A stretch of 64,000 nt of DNA from Eledone cirrhosa (GCA_964016885.1 OZ024753.1:36518001-36582000); one strand, 5' to 3'. Positions 13,090 to 27,665 are shown, counted from the stretch's first letter. Numbers and translations: made by a program. Notes: a model not told the origin generated them from the sequence alone.

Positions 13090-13860
13090 AATGATGATGG
13101 TGATGATGATAATGGTGGTGATGGTGGGGTGGTGATGGTGGTGGTGATAGTGGTGGTGGTGGTGATAGTGGTGGTGGTGATGGTGATGGTGGTGGGGTGG
13201 TGATGGTGGTGGTGGTGATAGTGGTGGTGGTGGTGATAGTGGTGGTGGTGATGGTGATGGTGATGGTGGTGATGGTGATGGTGATGGTGGTGATGGTGGT
13301 GGTGATAGTGGTGGTGGTGATGGTGGTGATGGTGGGGTGGTGATGGTGGTGGTGATGATGGTGATGGTGATAGTGGTGGTGGTGGTGATGATGATGATAG
13401 TGATGATGATAGTGATGTTGATAGTAGGGGGGGGGGTGATGGTGATGACGATGATGATGAAGGTGATAATGATGACGACAATGATGATGATGATGATGGT
13501 GGTGATGATGATGATGATTATGGTGATGATGATGATGATGATTAGGGTGATGATGATGATGATGATTATGGTGATGATGGCGATGAAGGTGATTAAGATG
13601 ACAATGGTGATTTTGACAATGGTGATGATGATGGTGATGATGGTGATGATGATGGTGATGATGATGACAATGGTGATGATGATGATGATGATGATGATGA
13701 GGGTGATTTTGACAATGGTGATGATGATGGTGATGATGATGACAATGGTGATGATGATGATGATGAAGGTGATTTTGACAATGGTGATGATGATGGTGAT
13801 GATGGTGATGATGATGAAGATAATAATAATAACAATGAACAACAATAATAATAATAATAA
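13090..13860. repeat. (GGT/GAT)n trinucleotide compound repeat
   Basis: Directly visible; source of the poly-His, poly-Met and poly-Ile ORFs. Confidence 0.95.
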
Positions 13861-14745
13861 CAAGTGTAATACGATGTTTTACGACAGATCAGCTCCAACG
13901 TATAAAGCTCCCCATTCAATAGGTTATCATCTTAACCAATAGAAAATATGGCTCCCACGAGAGTTCACGATTAAACAACATTAAGTGTGGAAAACAGACG
14001 AAGACAATAATAGATGGAGGGGAGAGGGTTGGTGAAGAGGAGAGAGGGGAGAGGTGAAGGGAGAGGAGAGGAGAGGGTTGGTGAAGAGGAGAGGAGAGAG
14101 TTGGTGAAGAGGAGAGAGGGGAGAGAGGAGAGGACGAGAGGGTTGGTGAAGGGAGAAGAGAGAGAGGAGAAAGCAGAAGAAGAGAGAGAGGAGGAGAGGG
14201 TTGGTGAAGGGAGAAGAGAGGAAGAGAGAGGAGGAGAGGGTTGGTGAAGAGGAGCGAAGGAAGAGAGGATTAAGTAAAACGGAACAAGAGAGGCTTAGAA
14301 AACAAAATTGTGAATGTGAAAGTGAAAGTGAAAGTGAAAGTAGAAAGATGGAAGATGGATGGTGTAATATATGTTAAAGAGAGGGTGGGAGTGATAGTGG
14401 GAGGGAGTGAGAGGGTGGGAGGGGTGAGTGAAGGTCGGGGAGGGGGTGTAGAGTGATAGTTGATGTTAAAGAGTAGTTGAGGGAGGGTGTGAGATTAATG
14501 AGAGATAGGTATAAAGAGGTGAAGGTGGAGTTAGGTTGAGAGAGTGAGAAAGACAGGTGAAGTGGAGGGGATAATATAATATAGTATATATATATATATA
14601 TATATGTATATGTATGTATATATATATATATATACACATATATATACATATATATATGTATATATATTATGGAATACTGTTAGCTTCTCGCTACAACAAT
14701 TTCTATACTTTTCATTTATATATGCATATATATATATACATACAG

Positions 14746-14776
<31 letters not shown>

Positions 14777-14816
14777 ACTATATACATATATATATGTGTG
14801 TGCATATATATATATA

Positions 14817-14921
<105 letters not shown>

Positions 14922-14960
14922 CATATATATGTATATATATAAAGAGGGGAAAGGTGGAGT

Positions 14961-14996
<36 letters not shown>

Positions 14997-15167
14997 GCGG
15001 GGATAGAGTAATAGAAAGACTAGCATGAGGGAATGTTAAAAAGGATGTGAGAGTGAGGGTGAGTGTGAGGAAGAAGGAGGGAGAGATTAATAGACATTAG
15101 AGAGTGTGTAAGTGTGAGAGACTAAGAGATAGAGGCAATAAGATAGAGTGATAGATAAACAGGGTAT

Positions 15168-15234
<67 letters not shown>

Positions 15235-15238
15235 GCAA

Positions 15239-15277
<39 letters not shown>

Positions 15278-15340
15278 CATATGTATATATATATATATAT
15301 ATATACATATGTATATATATATATACATATATATATATAA

Positions 15341-15375
<35 letters not shown>

Positions 15376-15400
15376 TATACATATGTATATATATATATAC

Positions 15401-15536
<136 letters not shown>

Positions 15537-15552
15537 GTATATATATATATAC

Positions 15553-15590
<38 letters not shown>

Positions 15591-15591
15591 G

Positions 15592-15633
<42 letters not shown>

Positions 15634-15649
15634 TATTTACATATATATG

Positions 15650-15683
<34 letters not shown>

Positions 15684-16010
15684 TATTTACATATATATGT
15701 ACATATATATATATGTATGTATGTATATAAAGAGGTGTGGTATGGGGTAGAGGAAAAGACAGGGACGTGGGGGAGTTAGAATTTATTAAGAAATGTCTGG
15801 TAATGAAGCAACTGTTAACTATTGTGTTACTAAATGGTGTCGCTTATGCCTCTCCATACACACACATATATATATACATATATATAGGTGCACGTGTACA
15901 TATATGTGCATATATATATTTATATATTTATATATATGCAAGCGTACATATATATATATATATATTATGAAGGCTTAACAAATCATCCTTGTATTATTAT
16001 ATATATATAT

Positions 16011-16083
<73 letters not shown>

Positions 16084-16168
16084 ATCTATATATGTATATA
16101 TATATATGTATATATATATATGTATATAAATGTGTGCATATATACATATATATATATAGATATATATG

Positions 16169-16209
<41 letters not shown>

Positions 16210-16351
16210 GTGTGCATATATATATATATATGTGTATATATATGTGTGCATATATATAGATATATATGTATGTATATATATATATGTATATTTATGTATG
16301 TATATATTTATATGTATATATATGTGTATGTATATATATATATATATACAT

Positions 16352-16387
<36 letters not shown>

Positions 16388-16641
16388 TGAGAGATACATA
16401 TATGTATGTGTGTACATGTATGTGTAACTGCATATGTATGCGTATAATTGCAGGTGTGCATGTATGTGAATGTGTGTGAGTGTTTATGCCTTCATTGCAG
16501 GAAGATTTGAAATACAGTCAAACAAGACAAGACTGTCACGTGACTAGCATGGCTCGCAGAAGAAATGTTTGTCATTGATATCTGAAAGATCAGTTTACAT
16601 TAAGAGAACACAAATACTTGTAGGCACAGACACATTCACAC

Positions 16642-16674
<33 letters not shown>

Positions 16675-16736
16675 CACACACATATATATAGTATATCCAG
16701 GAGATTCCAACCAGAATGGTTGCATTTATTAAGGGT

Positions 16737-17083
16737 ATCATCATCATCATCATCATTTCATTTTACGTCTGCTTTTCCCTGCTTGTAAGGGTGGGACGGG
16801 AACTGATTCTGGCTTGATTTCGACAGCTGGATGCCCTTCCTAACACCAACCTCATTTACAGTGAGGGCTGGGTGCTTTTTTGCCGTGGCACCTCCACGAC
16901 CACTTTGCAGTGGAATGATAGGGACCCCAGTCCTATCATCTCATTTCTACAGCTGAGTAAACTGGAGCAATGTGAAATAAAGTCTCTTGCTCAAGGAAAC
17001 AACACATCACTTGGTCTGAGAATTGAACTCACAACCTTTCGATTGCAAGGCCAATGCTCTAACCACTAAGCCATATGCCTCCA
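16737..17083 (-). mobile_element. Full-length tRNA-headed, RTE-tailed SINE (family B), inserted into a hammerhead-bearing pLTR
   Basis: Reverse complement has A box TGGCTTAGTGG, B box GAGTTCAATTC, CCTTGAGCAAG, 3' CCCGTCCCACCCTT...CGTAAAATG and a (GAT)n tail. The flanks rejoin to match 19480-19560. Confidence 0.85.
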
Positions 17084-17119
17084 TATGTCAATATTTATTT
17101 ATAAAACTAACCTATATTA

Positions 17120-17185
17120 TATTTTATCTGATGAAAGCGCACGATAGTTTGTTCTGGTGGCCCTTGAAATATGTATAATGAAATA
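17120..17185 (+). ncRNA. Type I hammerhead ribozyme motif
   Basis: TATTTTAT-CTGATGA-AAG...CTT-GAA-ATATGTAT-A-ATGAAATA. Confidence 0.7.
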
Positions 17186-17234
17186 AATATAGTTTCCATT
17201 TGTTAATATATTGTATATATATATATATATATAT

Positions 17235-17284
<50 letters not shown>

Positions 17285-17395
17285 CCAGAATCAGTTCCCG
17301 TCCCACCATTGCAAGCAGGGAAAAGCGGACGTAAAATGATGAAGATGATGATGATGATGATACACATATATACATATATATATATATATACATGC

Positions 17396-17429
<34 letters not shown>

Positions 17430-17571
17430 GCAGATATATATATATATACATATATACATGCAGATATATATATATATACATATATATAGTATATTTATAT
17501 ATATACTATATATATATATATAAACATATATATATATACTATATATATAGTATATATATATATATATAAAC

Positions 17572-17636
<65 letters not shown>

Positions 17637-17666
17637 AACATATATATACACATATACATATATATA

Positions 17667-17701
<35 letters not shown>

Positions 17702-17713
17702 ATATATATACAC

Positions 17714-17753
<40 letters not shown>

Positions 17754-17809
17754 TCTTTTACCTGTTACAGCCATCCGGCTAAGGCCATGCTGGGTCACTG
17801 ACCTTGTTG

Positions 17810-17937
17810 CTACACATTCGATCTCCAGCCTGTGTTGGCTGGTGTAAGAGGGAGCTCATTGCTGCTGCCCTTAGGTTACCTTCGTAGCGTGGTGTGGTCT
17901 CATCCGGGATCCTGGATAGCAGGATGTCAAGATGGGT
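17810..17937 (-). mobile_element. CR1/L2-group LINE 3' coding end fragment
   Basis: Reverse complement translates [31 protein letters not shown], like the LDxFLxxIPDxP...RAAxSNSL C-terminus of such LINEs. Confidence 0.5.
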
Positions 17938-18032
17938 GTGTATTTGTGAAAGGTAAATAGAAATAACAAACCAAACAACACAGTATGTTGAAGGAATATA
18001 TTAGTTTACCGCTTAAAATAGCAGGAAAAGAG

Positions 18033-18068
18033 TCTTAAAGTTTCGGGCTGTAGTCCTTCATCAGAAGA
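18033..18068 (-). ncRNA. Minimal hammerhead ribozyme motif (slightly decayed)
   Basis: Reverse complement TCTT-CTGATGA-A-GGAC-TACA-GCCC-GAAAC-TTT-AAGA. Confidence 0.6.
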
Positions 18069-18092
18069 TAGAGTTAGAAATAGAAGTTGAAT

Positions 18093-18443
18093 ATCATCAT
18101 CATCATCATCATGTCATTTTACGTCCACTTTTTCCCTGCTTGCAAGGGTTGGACGGGAACTGATTCTGGCTTGATTTCTACAGCTGGATGCCCTTCCTAA
18201 CACCAACCTCATTTACAGTGAGTGCTGGCTGCTTTTTTGCCGTGGCACCTCCATGACTACTTTGCAGTGGAATGATATGGACCCCAGTCCCTATCATCTC
18301 ATTTCTACAGCTGAGTAAACTGGAGCAATGTGAAATAAAGTGTCTTGCTCAAGGAAACAACACATCACCCGGTCTGAGAATTGAACTCACAACCTTTCGA
18401 TTGCAAGGCCAATGCTCTAACCACTAAGCCATGTGCCTCCATG
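18093..18443 (-). mobile_element. Full-length SINE family B
   Basis: Near-identical to 16737-17083. Confidence 0.85.
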
Positions 18444-18898
18444 AATAGAAAAATAAATAGGGGGAAGACGAAGGAACAGGAGAAAAAGGGGAAAACACAC
18501 ATAACAAAGTATAACGCTTGATAGAGTAGGAAAGGATTGAAAAAATCGGCTAAATACCCCCAGAGAGAGAAAAATGTGGGTAGCGTGAGTAATCGAACGG
18601 CATATTTCTGGAGTGTGACTCTAGCATGTTAACCATTACGCTAGAGGTCCTATTATAGTTGTTTATGTAGGGAACACTACATTTCAAATTTCAAAGTTAC
18701 CTAATGTATGTATGTATATATGTATGATGCATGTGTGTGTGAGTGTATGTGTGTGTGAGTGTATGTGTGCGTGTATATGTGTCTTTTTGAAATATTACAT
18801 ATCTATTCTGTATGGACACCCATATGTTTATAAATGTATATCCATATATAAGTGTGCCTGTGTGCCAGTATATATATATATATATATATACATATATA

Positions 18899-19161
<263 letters not shown>

Positions 19162-19202
19162 TTCTTGCTACAAGACTTTCTACTTCCTATACCTTTCATT
19201 TA

Positions 19203-19255
<53 letters not shown>

Positions 19256-19552
19256 TTCGCGAGACATACACATTATCAGCAGAACTAATCATAAATACAC
19301 ATATGTACAGCATATGTAGAGCACACGTCACACATGTGTCAACATATGCAGCATAGGAGACAGAATGACATCTCTTGTATTCATAGCACCCTAATGAAAG
19401 ACACACATGGGTATAATGAAAAAAATAACTCCTCAATCAAACACCCACTTTTCTACTCTGTTTCTCTCCCTTTCTCTCCCGGAGCTTCCAACAGAAATGG
19501 TCGCTTTCTTTAAGGGTATGTCAATATTTATTTATAAAACTGATCTATATTA

Positions 19553-19617
19553 TATTTTATCTGATGAAAGCACACCATAATTTAACTTGGTGTCCTTGAA
19601 ATATGTATAATGAAATA
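19553..19617 (+). ncRNA. Type I hammerhead ribozyme motif
   Basis: TATTTTAT-CTGATGA-AAGCACACCA...TGGTGTCCTT-GAA-ATATGTAT-A-ATGAAATA; 8-bp stem I and long stem II. Confidence 0.8.
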
Positions 19618-19810
19618 AATATGGTTTTATAAATATAGTTTCCAATTGTTAATATATTGTATTTTTACTCCAATAATTTGTTGAGTGCTTTATATCAGTT
19701 ATAAAAATATTTGCTTGTTGTATCCCAACAATTTAAATAGAACTTCTACATATATATATTCTCATCGTCATCATCATCGTTTAACATCCATCTTCCACAC
19801 TAGCATGGGT

Positions 19811-19873
<63 letters not shown>

Positions 19874-19959
19874 CCCCATCCCACTACCCCACCCCATCCA
19901 CACCACCCCTTTCAATGTAAAGTTATGTTGGTACCACAACATCCAGTCTGAAACAAATG

Positions 19960-20217
19960 AGGTCGTGTAGGTGTCATGACAAAAAAACACACAGTCCGCG
20001 CTGTAATCTGGCCGTGTAGGTAACACGGTAAAAACCTCCCAGCCTACACTGTAAACGTGGTTGGTGTTAGGAAGGGCATCCTGCCATAGAAAACCCGCCA
20101 GACAGTCCTATGCGAGCAAGACAACCACTCTTGCCTCAAGTGGGAAAACTCCCGTCCAAACCCATGCAAGCGTGGAAGATGGACGTTAAACGATGATGAT
20201 GATGATGATGATATATA

Positions 20218-20252
<35 letters not shown>

Positions 20253-20400
20253 CATCATCATCATCATTTAACGTCTATCTTCCATGCTAGCATGGGTTAG
20301 ACGGGAATTGTCCCTCTTGAGGCAAGATTGATCGGGTGACCGTGTCGCTTGTATAGGACTATTTGGCAGGTTTTCTACGGCTAGATGCCCTTCCTAAAGC
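19960..20400. mobile_element. RTE-tailed SINE or RTE 3' fragments, tail-to-tail (about 19960-20211 plus, 20252-20400 minus)
   Basis: GTTGGTGTTAGGAAGGGCATC and CCCATGCAAGCGTGGAAGATGGACGTTAAACGATGATG, then its reverse complement. Confidence 0.7.
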
Positions 20401-21204
20401 CTGTGTGTCTTTCTTTGAGATTTTACTTAAGTTCTTTTTCAACTTCAAACCAATCACTAACCAAGTGATATGGCTTCTTTGTTTAATTCATAGTAGGGAT
20501 TTGTGAATGAGTGAATGTGTTAATATCTGGACTTGTGTGTGTCTATGTGTCTGTATGTGTGTGTTTGTGTGTTTGTGTGTGGATATATTTACACCTTTGT
20601 TATGAATGTGCTTATCTCTTTAGTAAACTTGTTTCAAAGTCTTTTTTATGTAAGTTTGTGTATGCCATGTTAACATATATGACTGTTTATATATGTTCAT
20701 TCCAGAAACCTCTCTAAGATAATCTTCACACTACCACGAATCAATTGGACTTGGAAGATGCGAGTCAATTTGCCTTCCGAGTCATCGATGATTGAAACAA
20801 TGATATCTCTAGCAGGCTAGACTAAGAGGTTTACTTTGAAACCCAGCAATCCTCCTCAAAAATGTTTTAAAAACATCCCAAAACAAAACAGATGAGCCCA
20901 ATTTAGGGCCAATGATCATATACCAGTAGCACTTGAGTATATTGAAGTACTATAGATGAGTGTGATGCAAGAATATTCTGGAAGTGATGGACCAATAGTT
21001 CCTGTCAGAACAACTGTCTCCAATAGACATAGGTAAAGATTCTTAGCCATGATAAAGATGACTTATCTCTACTGCCATGCTGTGTTGATGCTGAATCTAT
21101 GAAGAAGAAGATTAAGAAGATTAAAAGTTTATAACCTGAGAGAAAAATAAGGTTTGTTGGTGTTATACTGACTGGGTCTTTAATAATAATAATGATAATG
21201 ATGA

Positions 21205-21400
21205 TGAGGATGATAATGATGATGATGATGATGATAGTTTCTTTATTAACGACAAAGGGTTTGCAAAAAGAGAACAGTGAAGGCAGCACATGATGTTTAT
21301 TATAATGATGATGATGATGATGATGATGATGATAGTTTCTTTATTAACGACAAAGGGTTTGCAAAAAGGGAACATTGAAGGCAGCACATGATGTTTATTA
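21205..21400 (-). mobile_element. Two tandem Tx1/L1-like 3' termini with (ATC)n tails
   Basis: Reverse complement AACCCTTTGTCGTTAATAAAGAAACTATCATC resembles the 3' end at 51102-51140. Confidence 0.5.
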
Positions 21401-21639
21401 TAATGATGATGATGATGATGATAATGATGATGATAATGGCGATGGTGGTGATGATGATGATGATGATGACGACGATGATTTTCTTTTATTTGCTACAAGA
21501 GCATTGGTTGAAGGAAATGTTATTAAGACAAGCTACAACATGACAGTGAGGATTTACATAGAAATGAAGAGGATGGGGGGGGGGAGTAACAAGTATATAT
21601 AGCACAGCAACAACAACAACAATAATAATAATAGGGAGA

Positions 21640-22018
21640 AAATGAGGAGGAAATCGATTAAATCGACCCCCAGTACATTACTGGTACTTTATTTTATCGA
21701 CCCCGTAAGGATGAAAGGCAAAGTTAACCTCGGCGGGATTTGAACTCAGACCGTAAAGGGCCGTAACTCTATGCTGCAAAGCATGGTGTCCAACTGTCTA
21801 CCGATACTGCAAATCCACCACCTTTTATGATAATAATAATAATTGTTTCTACTTTTGGCAGAAGGCCAGCAATTACCCAGTACATTACTGGTACTTTATT
21901 TTATCGACCCCGTAAGGATGAAAGGCAAAGTTAACCTCGGCAGGATTTGAACTCAGATCATAAAGGGCCGTAACTCTATGCTGCAAAGCATGGCGTCCGA
22001 CCCTTTACCGATACTGCT
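21640..22018 (-). mobile_element. Two SINE family A copies
   Basis: Family A motifs, reverse complement. Confidence 0.85.
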
Positions 22019-22724
22019 AATGGTTTCATTTATTGGCCACAAGGGCCGACATGGGGGGGAGGACAATACAAAGACATGGACAGTGGTGGTGGTGGAGGGG
22101 TTACAATAAAATACGGTAAAAAATATACAATAACAATACAAATAGAATTAAAGGGGAAGAAGCAGAATAGTCAAAGTCAATAGGAAAGAACAACAATAGT
22201 TTGAAAAAGAATAAGTGTATTGGTCGTTAGAAGGAACCGATGAAAAACAGTATTGGTAATTATGTAGTTAATAACATTTTTATGAAAATCCAATGCAATG
22301 AAGACAGTAGTACAATGTACACATATTTATAAATGGATATTATGGTATGAATCATCAGAAGGATGCGCTCCTTTAAATGTCTTTCAGTAATCAGCAAAGA
22401 GAATAGAAAAAGAGATACAAAAAGAGAAATTGATAAACAATAAGGAAACAAATATCAAAGAAAATATTTTCGTCAACAGAGAAAATAGAAAGAATGGTTA
22501 ATATAACAGAAAGACAAAAACAAACACAAAATAGAGTTTTGGCGACGACAATACTGGTTCATATATATGTGTATGTGTGTGTATATATGCGTATGTGTGC
22601 GTATGTATGTGTATGTATGTGATAGTTTGTGTGTATATATATATATATATAAATATATATAATCATATATATAAATATATATTCAAATATATATATGCTT
22701 ATATGCACATATATACATACATAT

Positions 22725-22787
<63 letters not shown>

Positions 22788-23358
22788 TATATGTATGAAT
22801 GTGTGTATGTATATGTACATTTATTTACAAATGCATATATATATATATACACACACACATATATATATATATATATACATATATATATGCATTTGTAAAT
22901 AAATGTACATATACATACACACATTCATACATTTGTGCATACAAGACAATGTGTGTAAATGAGTATATCTAGGACAATTTTACAGAAAAGAATATGGTCT
23001 CATGTCTTGGGTAAGTACTCCCCTGTGTGCCTTGCCCCTTTGGGTATATCAAAGAAATATATTTGTCTTGCGATTTAACTTATGCCTAGATCCAGCGAAC
23101 ATTTCTGTAGCAGCTGGAAGTGTTTCTGTGTGTTTACTTGTGTTTGTATGCATGAGTCTGTGCCTTTGTGTGCATGTGTGTGTGTGTATGAGTGTATGCA
23201 CATCTGTGTGCATGTGTGAGTCTGTGCCTTTGTGTGCGGATGTGTGCGGATGTGTGTGTGTGTGTGTGCATGTTTAGAGAAAAAAATAAGCTGATCAACA
23301 ATGGGACCAAAGAACCAATGTTTTTACTGGTCATTCCAAAGCTAATATTATCTGCCAG

Positions 23359-23395
<37 letters not shown>

Positions 23396-23714
23396 AATAA
23401 TGGAGCTGCGGCGTTGCAAATGGGTTACATATGAAAAAGTTTGTCCTTCATCAGTGGCCTTCCAACCGTCGTAGGCATCTCGTCGCTTTAAAGGCCATAT
23501 GCCTACGACGGTTGGAAGGCCACTGATGAAGGACAAACTTTTTCATATATATATATAAGAATGGAGCCAAACATTAGCGACAGACAATGATACTGTATGC
23601 TGGTAGTGAACATTGACAGAATGAGAGAATAATCATGAACAAAATAAAGTATTTTGTTCATGATTCTCTTTAGAATGGTTTGGGAATTCTTGTCTAAATG
23701 AAATGCTAAAGGCT

Positions 23715-24329
23715 CACTCTTATCCCATCCTCATAGATGGACTTATGGACCAGCACTTTCTATCTTTTCCTGTCTCTTGCCATTGCCGTACGTTCTGCCA
23801 AACTCCTTCCTGTCCATTCTTTAACATCATATGTCCATCTCTATTTCTGCTGTCCCCTGGCCCTTTTCCCTTGTATTTGTCCCTCAAGGATGTGTGTAGT
23901 CAAATTGTGGGCTCTGATGTCACGGCCAAAATACTGAAGTTTCCTTTTCTTACTGTCTCAACCAACTATCGATTGGCACCAATCTCTTCCGGGACAGATT
24001 CATTTGTTCTGCGAGCTCTCCTGTTAATTCCAAGTGCACGGCTATAGCATGACATTTCAAATGCACTCTGTCGTTTCATGTCAGACACCTTTAAAGTCCA
24101 TGACTCACAACCATATAGAGCTACCAGCCTCACTAATGTTTCAATTACTTTCATTTTAATGGACTTTGTAAGAGCTCTATCCTTCCAAAGACTGCTGAGT
24201 GTGCTCAGGACTGTTCATGTAGTTGCTAGCCTCACCCTTATTTCTTAACTTCCCTTTGCCGTCTGCTCAAGTATTGAACCAAGGTCCCAGGCTTGAAGAA
24301 GTCAAGAAGTTCAAATACCTTGGTTCAAC
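23715..24329 (-). mobile_element. RTE-type LINE 3' fragment with an inverted 5' piece
   Basis: Minus strand reads LGSILEQ...IKMKVIETLVRLVALYGCESWTLK, with stops; plus strand 24291-24329 reads LEEVKKFKYLGS. Confidence 0.8.
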
Positions 24330-25140
24330 TGGGAATTGAACTCATTACCTTAAAGTAACAGACCGTACTAATTTATATACTCTTATGTTTATCTGTTTAA
24401 CTTCTCTCAATTACATCAACAAATTTTCATCTCCTCTCCTAAATCTTCATCCTTTCTAACAGATTCCTATTTTTAACTTCAGTAATAATAAATTCTATTC
24501 ATATTTAACCCTCCCCCACCACCATATATTCCCCACCCTATCCCATGTTCCCCTTTTCCATTTAAAAATCATCGTTTATTTTTAATCACTTTTAAATCGT
24601 CATTTTATTTATAAACAACCCCATGTTATTTATTTTTTCATCACCGGTAATTTCATTTTAGAATCAGAATTAGCTAACATACATTACTCCCACCCATCTT
24701 CATTCACAAATAACAAAATTCATTGATTATTTTTACTAACCACGCCCATTGTGCTTTAAGTCTTATTCTGTGAGTCTCCACCCAATAATACTATATAATC
24801 GTATTCAATAACTAATTAACTCCTCCCATTTCGCCAGCTTCTATTACATTCCTCTTCCCTTCGATCCTGACTTCAATTTCTTTTATATATTTCACAGTTG
24901 CTCAGAATGCATCTATATATAGTATAGGGAAAATTAAAAAGATCATTGCTTCGACAGCTCCCTCCGGGATAGAAGCAGATGGTACATTTAGCGAACTCAA
25001 TTGAAATAGATGATAAAATAAAACAATAATATAAAAATTATTATTTATTCTACTATAATAGCATTCAGTTTTATTATAGCTTGTCTTAACCAACCAGCAC
25101 AAATCCCTTCCCAGCCCTCTCACTGTATATATATATATAT

Positions 25141-25425
25141 CATCATCATCACTGTTTTACGTCCATTCTTCCACGTTAGCATGGGTTACACGGGTTGTCC
25201 TGTCATGGGCAGTGCCCGGTCGGCTGACTTTGTCTTGCTGATACGGGGACTGATTCTGGCTTGATTTCTACAGCTGAATGCCCTTTCTAACACCAACCTC
25301 ATTTACAGTGAGTGCTGGGTGCTTTTTTCCCGTGGCGCCTACATGACCACTTTGCAGTGGGTGGGGGTGGGGGCATATTGTCTATATGCTTCAGCTTCGG
25401 CTTTTACCCATGGGAAGTCGGGTTT
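25141..25425 (-). mobile_element. 5'-truncated 3' UTR of the RTE family seen at 33522-34450
   Basis: Shares CCCATGGGTA...GCTGAAGCATATA.ACAATATGCCCCC and the terminal CCCATGCTA.CGTGGAAGAA.GGACGTAAAAC(GAT)n. Confidence 0.75.
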
Positions 25426-26444
25426 TCTATATATACATATATTCGCCCCACCCCTCCCCATAATATATATATATTGGTGGTAGGGGACAAAGTTTTATAT
25501 TCTGATTTCACATATTGCTTGGTGTTCATTTTGGTGTGAGAAATAAATTAACAAATTTTCTAAAATAATCTGAAAAGCAAAAGAAAATCATTTAACAAAT
25601 GTATACATTTTCTAAAAAAAAATTCGTTAAACATATTGAAACGTAATTTTACCATGTTGGAGGGGTACGTACCTACCAATTGTCTGTCTTATCTCAATGT
25701 TTTTGCAATCTTTACTCATCAGATATTTTAAACAAGGGTTCTACAGTGGAATATGATCAAGCGTTTTATATCCATAAGCAATTTAGTATATATCTGTTCG
25801 AGATTATATGATCAATATAGAAAATTAGGGTATTTAATTGTGTGTGTGTGGGGGGGGGGGGGTTACATAACCCTAATTTTCATATATTGTTTCATATATT
25901 TCATTTAAAAAACTATTTGAAACTCTGTCCATACTGTGGAATTAAGGTTCCTTAAAAATGATTTCTGGTCTGTTTTGTCTCCTAGTGTATTGTTCTACTA
26001 CCTGTCTAAGTTTATTTCTAGTCGATAGAGATCGAACCATGAGCTGATCAGTAGCCAAAAGCGTGTCACCAACCAATAAACGTAATGGAGTAACCTTCTA
26101 CACCTCTACACCTCGATACTGACGTGAGCCTAAAAATCGAGTGCTCACCCGGGTGAACCTACAGTAACCCCGCGTTACACTCCTTGGATATATATATATG
26201 TATGTATAAAAACATAGATATATATATGTAACAACACCGATAACAATAACTAAAATAATAACAACAATAAACGTAACAACAATACACACACACGTAAATA
26301 TGTATATATACATATAAATATATGGTTCAAATCGAACTGGCGTAGTAGGAATAATTTTATTCTATTATTTTAACTTACAAATGATATAATGTATATATAT
26401 ACATATAAATATATATATACATTATATCATTTGTAAGTTAAAAT

Positions 26445-27082
26445 AATAGAATAAAATTATTCCTACTACGCCAGTTCGATTTGAGCCACTCACCTCGTTA
26501 CTAAACAATGAATACTCGTTACTCCTACCAACGAAGCTACCAGAAAACTTATCGATAGTTTTATATATTTAAAGTATTAAAACCTTAAATTTATTTATTT
26601 AATTATAAATACGGAAAGTGCAGCGATAGAAGATAAATAAAACTTCAAACAAATCATAATATTCGACATTGTTTTGAGAACAATAGTGTAAAATTGACAC
26701 CGGTTTAGGGATTTCATATTACCCTTGCTCTCTCGCTCCCATGGTAACTTGATGTTCAGATTAAAGAGAGGTTGAGGATAAATTAATTGTTTGATATTTA
26801 TTGACTTATATCAAACAAGGAACAAGATGCCGAGAAAGAAATTAAAAAATTTGCGGTCGTTAAGAAAAAAAATTGAGCCACTACCCCTCCCATGATGCAA
26901 CAGTAGAGGTAAATACTTTGACGATTTAGCGACATCAGTTCCCAAAATTTCTCCGTGGCGAAATCTCAAGAACGATAACTCCGATTTTACTTAATCGCAA
27001 AAATGGGTGCAAAAAAGTTTCAGTTGGGAAAGTTGTTTGTATGTATGAACATATGTATTTCTACTTAACACAAATGTGTGTA
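26445..27082. repeat. Module X (450-630 bp); 14 copies starting near 26445, 29354, 30560, 31049, 31801, 35565, 36815, 37284, 38046, 43465, 44665, 45152, 45717 and 48984
   Basis: Shared core CCATGGTAACTTGATGTTCAGATTAAAGAGAGGTTG...ATCAAACAAGGAACAAGATGCC; orientation alternates. Confidence 0.9.
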
Positions 27083-27145
27083 TATATATTATATAATATA
27101 TATTATATATATATATTATATAATATATATTATATAATATATATT

Positions 27146-27212
<67 letters not shown>

Positions 27213-27225
27213 ATATATATATATA

Positions 27226-27284
<59 letters not shown>

Positions 27285-27449
27285 ATATATATATATATAT
27301 ATATGACCTAAGATTAATATGCTTCATTGATTACTAAATATATATAGTTTAAAAGATATAATAGATTAAAAGCACTCTACAAAAAAATTTTCTGGAATAA
27401 ATATATTTTGATTATCTGAATATATTCTGTATATATATATATATATATA

Positions 27450-27489
<40 letters not shown>

Positions 27490-27497
27490 TATATATA

Positions 27498-27534
<37 letters not shown>

Positions 27535-27535
27535 G

Positions 27536-27568
<33 letters not shown>

Positions 27569-27665
27569 TATATATATACATATTTATACATATATATTCA
27601 TTCATAGATATATATACGTATATATATATATATAAATATATATATACACACACACACATTTTATA

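Noticed and set aside
16990-17083. Functional tRNA genes at SINE heads
   Set aside because: The A and B boxes continue into SINE bodies and no complete cloverleaf is evident.
20720-21180. Very old LINE RT remnants (FAFRVIDD.NN and KIRFVGVIL)
   Set aside because: Too degenerate to delimit or classify by eye.
22310-22362. Minus-strand CTGATGA as a hammerhead
   Set aside because: No GAAA half or convincing stems.
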